Below are positions 56,263-62,231 of a stretch of 64,000 nucleotides of DNA, in pieces; the first letter of the stretch is position 1, and each line of letters opens with the position of its first letter. The notes under the pieces were generated by a model. The model made no database searches. It was not told the origin of the DNA and saw only the letters and a program-made list of their open reading frames with translations. The position numbers and the translations under genes were made by a program. The stretch is from a virus (Duplodnaviria; Caudoviricetes): positions 256,001 to 320,000 of IMG/VR virus record IMGVR_UViG_3300005326_000040; one strand, written 5' to 3'.

Positions 56263-57063
56263 ATGAAAATTGGTAAAGGTACTAATTCTGCCGTCCTAGA
56301 TGACATGGCTAATATCATGGAGAGTGAAGATATGAAAACTCTCTTTGCGTTTAAGAAAGAAGCACAACAAACACAAACTGGTGGCGAGTTTGCATCAGAT
56401 GGAGTTCATAGAAACTTAACTCAACAAGAACATTTGGATATCGCTCGTCAGACTCCCGAAGGAAAGGGCGATGATGAAAAAGTACGATATCTTACCCCTA
56501 CTCTTCAAAAGCTTGTAAACGATCCTTCTTATGCCATGATGGATGCAAACGCTGTAAACGCAGCAAGACGCGCTCTAAGTGGTAAACCTGGACCTAGTGA
56601 CGCTTCTCTTCTTGCTCGATTCTTTCCACAGGAGCAAAATCTTCAAGCGGCTTTAAATTCGTTTAAGAATATTGCCAATCCATTGGCTCCTACTCCAGTT
56701 AAGCCTGGAACCGCCGTTGCTAAGCCTAGTACTCCTACTGGGTATCAGCCAACTTACGGTATGGAATCCACATCCAGTGCGATTACCGAGCTAGTAAAGA
56801 TGGGCGAGGTTTTTGCTGAGGCCGGTTTCATTAAGAGCGAAGCTCTTGTTGGCGAACTCCTCAAGACTATTACTGTTGAAGCTCGCAAGAAGGTTGTTGA
56901 AGAGCTACAGAAGGGTAAGAAAGGCGCAACCAAGAAGGATGAGAAGTGCCCGAAATGCAAGAAAGATTCAAAGAAATGCGAATGCAAGGGCAAAGACGGG
57001 AAGTCTGCTAAGAAGCCTGAGCCTGAGAAGAAAGATGGAAAAAAGCCTGCTAAGAAATATTAA
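56263..57063 (+). CDS. head-module protein with a Lys/Cys-rich basic tail
   Basis: FKKEAQ motif; KMG..F...GF helix motif; tail KCPKCKKDSKKCECK. Confidence 0.72.
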   Translation: MKIGKGTNSAVLDDMANIMESEDMKTLFAFKKEAQQTQTGGEFASDGVHRNLTQQEHLDIARQTPEGKGDDEKVRYLTPTLQKLVNDPSYAMMDANAVNAARRALSGKPGPSDASLLARFFPQEQNLQAALNSFKNIANPLAPTPVKPGTAVAKPSTPTGYQPTYGMESTSSAITELVKMGEVFAEAGFIKSEALVGELLKTITVEARKKVVEELQKGKKGATKKDEKCPKCKKDSKKCECKGKDGKSAKKPEPEKKDGKKPAKKY

Positions 57064-57076
57064 TTGAGAAAGGCGC

Positions 57077-57086
57077 GATATATAAC
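57077..57086 (+). promoter_or_regulatory. GATATATAAC box
   Basis: Intergenic, 39 nt before the ATG at 57126. Confidence 0.3.
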
Positions 57087-57125
57087 AAAATTAAGACAAT
57101 TTTCTTTTGAATAGAGGTTTATTAT

Positions 57126-57812
57126 ATGTTGCGTCTCGTACAAATTGGTTCAGCACAAGCAGCTAGTTATCCGGCAGATCCCGTTGGTTACTTTTACCCA
57201 GGAATGATTGGTCAGTTAAAGCTCCACGGAAACACCATTGTATGTGGTGTTTCCGATGGAACGGCTCCTCTTGGGATTATTGATGATACCAGGACAAATG
57301 CCTTTTACGCTCCCAGTATTGATGAAATCATTATCGAACCTGCTGTTGGTCAACTTGTCAACGGTAGAATGGTTTCGGTTACAGAGGTAAAAGCAGAATT
57401 AAGAAATTCAACCATCATAGATAGCAGCTTTATCTGTGATACTCAAGTTGTTCTTAAGCCTAAGAATGGTGTTGTTGTTTTCCCTGTAGGAACAACTTTG
57501 AATTTTGACGCTGACGGTGACGGTGTGAGCGATTCAATTCGCGCAGTCTGTAGTTATACATATCAGGTGCCAAATACTCCTGGTGACAACACTACAATGG
57601 GCAGCGGTCGAATTACAATCTGGTTTCACAGAGTAATGGCACAAACTGATCAGTTCGAAGTCAATCAGCGTTATCCGTTGAATGCGCCGCTATTTGTTAG
57701 TGAGGCTGGAAAACTTACCACGAGACGACCTAGTGATTATCATCCGACGGTTGCTATTGTATTAGCTCCACCGCAGAGTGCTACACCATATCTAGACTTT
57801 ATGTGGCTGTAA
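57126..57812 (+). CDS. capsid cement/decoration-like protein with an inserted beta domain (tentative)
   Basis: F.PGMIGQL, PLGIIDD, TDQFE...Y...L.V...GKLT and VAIVL.PP pattern of beta-clip head decoration proteins. Confidence 0.5.
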   Translation: MLRLVQIGSAQAASYPADPVGYFYPGMIGQLKLHGNTIVCGVSDGTAPLGIIDDTRTNAFYAPSIDEIIIEPAVGQLVNGRMVSVTEVKAELRNSTIIDSSFICDTQVVLKPKNGVVVFPVGTTLNFDADGDGVSDSIRAVCSYTYQVPNTPGDNTTMGSGRITIWFHRVMAQTDQFEVNQRYPLNAPLFVSEAGKLTTRRPSDYHPTVAIVLAPPQSATPYLDFMWL

Positions 57813-57815
57813 AAG

Positions 57816-58064
57816 TTATTTCTTCTCATCGGTAGGATAAAGTCTAATCCTTATTCCTTCATTTGTTTCACATTTTACAATGCCGGTATGTGCCCAAAAA
57901 TCACGCTTGTGACATTCTAAAATAATTCCGTCTTTACAATTTGCTCGGCAATTAGTCCAGTTAGCGTCGTCTACTTTATATGCGACAACTAAAGAAAACA
58001 AAATAGAAAGAAAAAATGTTGCTATTCCTAGTCCTTGGAGCACGGAAATCAAAAGTTTTTGCAT
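57816..58064 (-). CDS. small TM-anchored Cys-rich protein (paralog B)
   Basis: TM helix, then NCRANC...C...FW..TG.VKCET.EG.R; start reset to MQKLL. Confidence 0.7.
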   Translation of the reverse strand: MQKLLISVLQGLGIATFFLSILFSLVVAYKVDDANWTNCRANCKDGIILECHKRDFWAHTGIVKCETNEGIRIRLYPTDEKK

Positions 58065-58065
58065 G

Positions 58066-58308
58066 TTATTTTGCCTTATTGAATTCAATCAATCTTACGC
58101 CTTCAACTGTTTCACATCGTACAGTTCCTGACTTCTCCCAAAACCCAATTGTCTGACAGTCTTGAACCATACCAGGACACGCTTGCCTACAGTTATCTTT
58201 GCCTTTGGAACGACCTATTTCGCCTAAAATCACACCTGTAAACACAGCAACAACTACAATTATAATCATACTAGCGATACAATAGTCTGTTATATTATCG
58301 ATACTCAT
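58066..58308 (-). CDS. small TM-anchored Cys-rich protein (paralog A)
   Basis: TM helix, then NCRQAC...C...FW..SG.VRCET.EG.R. Confidence 0.7.
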   Translation of the reverse strand: MSIDNITDYCIASMIIIVVVAVFTGVILGEIGRSKGKDNCRQACPGMVQDCQTIGFWEKSGTVRCETVEGVRLIEFNKAK

Positions 58309-58922
58309 TTTGGCGCAACCTTTTTGAATTCTGTTGAAAGCTGATTGTAAATCGGTTGATACTTGTTCTTATAGTAAGTCCAGTCAACACTACCCGACGA
58401 CATAATTTCGTGAAACAAATCATTGGCTTCTTGATAGTTCACAATCTTGCCTTTGGTAGCTATTTGCCGACCAAACATTAACACGCGAAGAGAATGCCAC
58501 AAGCTCTTGATACCAATATGATATTCTTTGGTGACTTCAAGTTTTTTCTTGGCTTTCACCCATGAGTTGGAAGCCTTATGAGAAATGGAAGCTCGAAGTT
58601 TAGGAACATCCAATAGATATCCTGGTTTCAATCTGTCAGCAATAATATGTTGGGGCGGCAGGAAAAGACATTCTAAAATAGAAATCTCTTGTTCAAGACT
58701 TAAAGCTTCAAATTGTCGCTGCTTATAAAACGAAAAATCAAATTCTCCGGTATAATGTCGGTCAGGATGTCGAAACGTTTGGTCATCTACAACTACAATA
58801 AAATCCTTATCAGAGACTTCCGTCATGGTTCCGTATACTTGAGAACCATAAGCGTACACAGCAGCTACTTGGGATAGGTCAATAGCATGCCCGAGTTGGT
58901 CGAAAATATTGTCTGAGTTCAT
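58305..58922 (-). CDS. pol-beta-superfamily nucleotidyltransferase (RlaP-like)
   Basis: YAYGSQVYG...SDKDF catalytic signature; C-terminal helical KSLWHSLRVL...G segment. Confidence 0.8.
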   Translation of the reverse strand: MNSDNIFDQLGHAIDLSQVAAVYAYGSQVYGTMTEVSDKDFIVVVDDQTFRHPDRHYTGEFDFSFYKQRQFEALSLEQEISILECLFLPPQHIIADRLKPGYLLDVPKLRASISHKASNSWVKAKKKLEVTKEYHIGIKSLWHSLRVLMFGRQIATKGKIVNYQEANDLFHEIMSSGSVDWTYYKNKYQPIYNQLSTEFKKVAPK

Positions 58923-58930
58923 TGATTTTG

Positions 58931-59941
58931 CTAGTATTCTAAAATTTGTTTTGGCGCGGTCATTTGAAATTCCGTAAGATTTCGTGCGCCCATAAACGAA
59001 AAACTAGACTGAATTCCATCTATAATTCCATCCAATGTTTTTTGAATAGGCCCGGAGGCAGGAATTAATTTTGAAACGCCTTCAATGTGCCTAACATGAT
59101 TGTCTTCTTTGGACACAACTTGTTTTGCTACAATAGAAGCATTCCCCCAATAATCCTTGAATTTTTGATTATCAACCATAACTGTTCTGCCATAACTTTC
59201 GTCGCAGGCAGCAAACATTTTCCCGACCATTACCATATTGCCCCAAATCATACATTTGGCAATATCCGAAGCGTGTTCAATAGAACCATCTAGGCAAAGA
59301 AGAGTATCCCAATCATTGGTATCGTCTCGATAAGTTTTTGCTACATGAAGACAGTGAACTCCAACCCCTGTAGCAAATCTAGTCGAACAGACGCTTCCAA
59401 AACTGTTTCCAATTTTGATGATATGGGCTCCTCGATCTCGCAGGTATTTAATTCCATCTGTGGAAGAAACATTTCCCGCCATGATGGTAAGTTTCGGGTG
59501 GGTGTCTCGGATATACTTTAGGATATCTCCTACCAGCTTGTGATGCCCATGATTTACATCGACAATTACGTTTTTTGTTCCTTGGTCAACCAGCCAATCA
59601 ACAAATTCATAATCTTCTTTTTGAACGCCAATGGAAGGGTAAAATCTTGAAAGTTCTTCTCTGTTTCTTCGGTTCTTCAAAACTCGAAGAAGCGTTTGAT
59701 TTCTTTCTTCCTGGGTTCTAAAAAATCGATGATAGCTGGCGGCGGCACCTTCTACTAAAAGTTTATCTACCAATTCTTCGGTGCAAATAGAATGCATATT
59801 TGCGTTAATTACAGGAATATAGAGATTGGTCAAAACCTTTCCGTTCCCATCAACCAATAAGGAGGAAATGTCTACCCCAGAGGAACGGGATTCAATCTCA
59901 GAATATGCAGGTATTAAAGTGAACGAATCAAATGTCAGCAT
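58931..59941 (-). CDS. guaC: GMP reductase (IMPDH/GMPR family, no CBS domain)
   Basis: PVINANM (the ANM variant is typical of GMPR), DVNHGH, AGNV, KIGNSFGSVCSTR..TGVG with catalytic Cys, LDG, DIAK, YWGNAS, IEG, SFMGA. Confidence 0.8.
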   Translation of the reverse strand: MLTFDSFTLIPAYSEIESRSSGVDISSLLVDGNGKVLTNLYIPVINANMHSICTEELVDKLLVEGAAASYHRFFRTQEERNQTLLRVLKNRRNREELSRFYPSIGVQKEDYEFVDWLVDQGTKNVIVDVNHGHHKLVGDILKYIRDTHPKLTIMAGNVSSTDGIKYLRDRGAHIIKIGNSFGSVCSTRFATGVGVHCLHVAKTYRDDTNDWDTLLCLDGSIEHASDIAKCMIWGNMVMVGKMFAACDESYGRTVMVDNQKFKDYWGNASIVAKQVVSKEDNHVRHIEGVSKLIPASGPIQKTLDGIIDGIQSSFSFMGARNLTEFQMTAPKQILEY

Positions 59942-60002
59942 GGCTTTTCTTTATGCTGGCGGAGCAAATTGCTCGACAAATGTTAGCATAAAAAGCAAGC
60001 CA
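59941..60002 (-). promoter_or_regulatory. 62-nt structured leader covering the guaC translation start
   Basis: Nested inverted repeats TGGCTT/AAGCCA, TTTATGCT/AGCATAAA and GAGCA/TGCTC; the outer stem includes the A of the ATG. Confidence 0.5.
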
Positions 60003-60015
60003 TTTTAGAAATAAA

Positions 60016-60047
60016 CTAATGATATAGCATCTAGAAGAGATATATCT
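60016..60047. promoter_or_regulatory. candidate late promoter ctaatg-N6-cat (+) and palindrome AGATATATCT
   Basis: Motif at 60016-60030; palindrome at 60038-60047; divergent intergenic region. Confidence 0.45.
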
Positions 60048-60058
60048 AAAGGATGACC

Positions 60059-60481
60059 ATGGGATACAACAAAGATTGGAATGCGGCATTTATTGGATCG
60101 GAAGATTCAAAAGCTGTGTTTAGTTCTGAGGTTTTTCGTAACTTCGTGAAAATTTATGAAAGCAACGTCCAAGAGGAGCTTCCTCCTGTTGATACAAGCA
60201 AAATGTTTGTAACGGCTGATGAGGCTTTGGCGGCTATTGTCAAAGAAGCAAGCGCACCAAATCCTATTCGTTCAAATCTTGATTATGGTGCGGCACAAGA
60301 AGTTGAAGACGAGGATGAAGACTTATCCCTTGAAGAAATGAACATCAAAGCTTCGCATGATAACGCATTTGTTGAAATGCAAATCAAGCAAGCTTGGGAT
60401 AAGCATTTTGCGTTGGAAGATGCAGAGGAAGAACTGGGCCTAGAAAAGAACGCCTTCTATATGGCGAAGAACAGGAAATAG
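60059..60481 (+). CDS. head-module acidic protein
   Basis: SD AAGGA fits the ATG at 60059 (track start 60053); IVKEAS and NIKAS motifs. Confidence 0.7.
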   Translation: MGYNKDWNAAFIGSEDSKAVFSSEVFRNFVKIYESNVQEELPPVDTSKMFVTADEALAAIVKEASAPNPIRSNLDYGAAQEVEDEDEDLSLEEMNIKASHDNAFVEMQIKQAWDKHFALEDAEEELGLEKNAFYMAKNRK

Positions 60482-60488
60482 GGTTAAT

Positions 60489-62219
60489 ATGGTTAGCAAA
60501 AATATCTCATTTTCTGAAAGCATTGTTATGCGAGAGTTGGAGCGTATTGCTCGGGCAAAGAATCTTATTGTAGAAGAGCCTGAAGCTCCCGCTATTGAAA
60601 AGAAAGCGTCTGTAAATACTTTGGAGAGTTCTTCGGACCTTTTCTTGGATATGATGAAACTCGCTTCTGTTCTACGAGACCGAGGGTTTACTTCTCAGGC
60701 TTCGCAGCTAGAAGAGAAAGCCATTATTCTCAAGAAGGCAATGTCAGAAGGTGGACATGATAGTTTATACTCTTTCTGGAAGGAAACCGGAGAGAGCCTC
60801 GTAAGTGACGCTCACTCCTCGACTGACGCTGATATTCCTGGGCACAAAGTAATGAACGCTAATGAAATTGCTAAAGCGGTTCATGAAAGCACAAAAGATA
60901 AGCCAACAGGACAGGAGAAGAAGGCGGAGCTTGCCGTTCGTATGGCAAAAATGGTCAATGGGCTTGTTAATAAAGAGGCTCAGGTTGGCACCGGAATTCT
61001 TCAAGGGCTTTTCGGTGGAGCCACTGGTTGGGGTGTTGGTACCGCAGTCCCAGCAGCGGCTGCACTGGGAGGGCCAGAGCCGGGATCAAGCTCTATACCA
61101 TCTGCTATGAACGGCGCTGGCGTATCTGCAACTTCAATTCTTCAAAATTTTAGAGAAGAAAGCAACGGCATTCTTGGTCAATTTTTTTCTTCGGCTACTG
61201 AAGCTCAATTAGGTTTGCGCACATTAGCAAATGTTGATTTTAGAACTTATTTTTCAGACCAAAACATTCAGAATGGGTCAGCTATAAATGGAATACCACA
61301 AGTAAACGAAGCAGAGTATTCTCAAATAAGAGCGAAGATTGCTAAAGGTTGTGATGATTATATTTCTGTTGTAGGAACAACAGATGTAACATCTCTTCCA
61401 AATTGGGGAAATATCAAAATTAACTATCGAATTTCTAGCACTGAAAAAGAGGCTGTGAAAAACAATATAAAGCAAGTTATCTTGTCTTATGTTGATAAAT
61501 TCCAATCAAGTTCAAAGAAACTTGTAAATTCGAACTTAGCAATTCTTGATGAGCTTTTAGTTGGAGACTACAAAGCAACTGTTGACAATATTGACAAAGT
61601 GCTCGGCACTAAAAACCAAGTGCTCAGCACTAAACGCTCAAAAGATATAATGGCTGCGGTTGGCAGTATATCCACATCTCTTGTGCGTATGAAGGGTTTT
61701 ATTCTGCGAGCATTAAAAGGAATGGCTTCAATAAAGCAAATATACAATAACTATGACGTTGTTTCTACAATCTCACAGGGTTTAAGCGGCGCTATCAAAG
61801 CTGTTGATTCTTTGGTGGAAAAGCTTAGCCAAACCGAAAGTGGTTTCAAAGAATATACTGTAGACATGGAAGATAAAGTTAATGACGCACTGACTTTGTC
61901 TGCTGTTATTATTAAAAAGTCAGAAATAGCCAAAAATAATATTGGAAATATTAAGTCGTTTAATGACGGTACAAAGAAAATGCTTTTAGAAAATATTGAT
62001 AAGCTTAAAAAAAGACCTACACACGCTTTGTATTTCTTAAAAGCGTTACCTGATTACAGTTTCTATTCTGTAAGTGTAGGGTTAGAGATGAAGTCTATGG
62101 CTGACTTTGATAGGTATGTTAGTGTTTTGAAAGATATAGATGCGGCTATGGATGCTCATGTTAAAAACACAAGCGAAATCCTAGATAGAGAAAACAAAGA
62201 AGAAACTGGTCTAAGATAG
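60489..62219 (+). CDS. large helical protein, candidate internal-head/ejection protein
   Basis: IEKKAS, EKKAE and VNKEAQ motifs; Gly-zipper segment GTGILQGLFGGATGWGVG after KEAQ. Confidence 0.65.
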   Translation: MVSKNISFSESIVMRELERIARAKNLIVEEPEAPAIEKKASVNTLESSSDLFLDMMKLASVLRDRGFTSQASQLEEKAIILKKAMSEGGHDSLYSFWKETGESLVSDAHSSTDADIPGHKVMNANEIAKAVHESTKDKPTGQEKKAELAVRMAKMVNGLVNKEAQVGTGILQGLFGGATGWGVGTAVPAAAALGGPEPGSSSIPSAMNGAGVSATSILQNFREESNGILGQFFSSATEAQLGLRTLANVDFRTYFSDQNIQNGSAINGIPQVNEAEYSQIRAKIAKGCDDYISVVGTTDVTSLPNWGNIKINYRISSTEKEAVKNNIKQVILSYVDKFQSSSKKLVNSNLAILDELLVGDYKATVDNIDKVLGTKNQVLSTKRSKDIMAAVGSISTSLVRMKGFILRALKGMASIKQIYNNYDVVSTISQGLSGAIKAVDSLVEKLSQTESGFKEYTVDMEDKVNDALTLSAVIIKKSEIAKNNIGNIKSFNDGTKKMLLENIDKLKKRPTHALYFLKALPDYSFYSVSVGLEMKSMADFDRYVSVLKDIDAAMDAHVKNTSEILDRENKEETGLR

Positions 62220-62231
62220 GAGAATAGGAAC

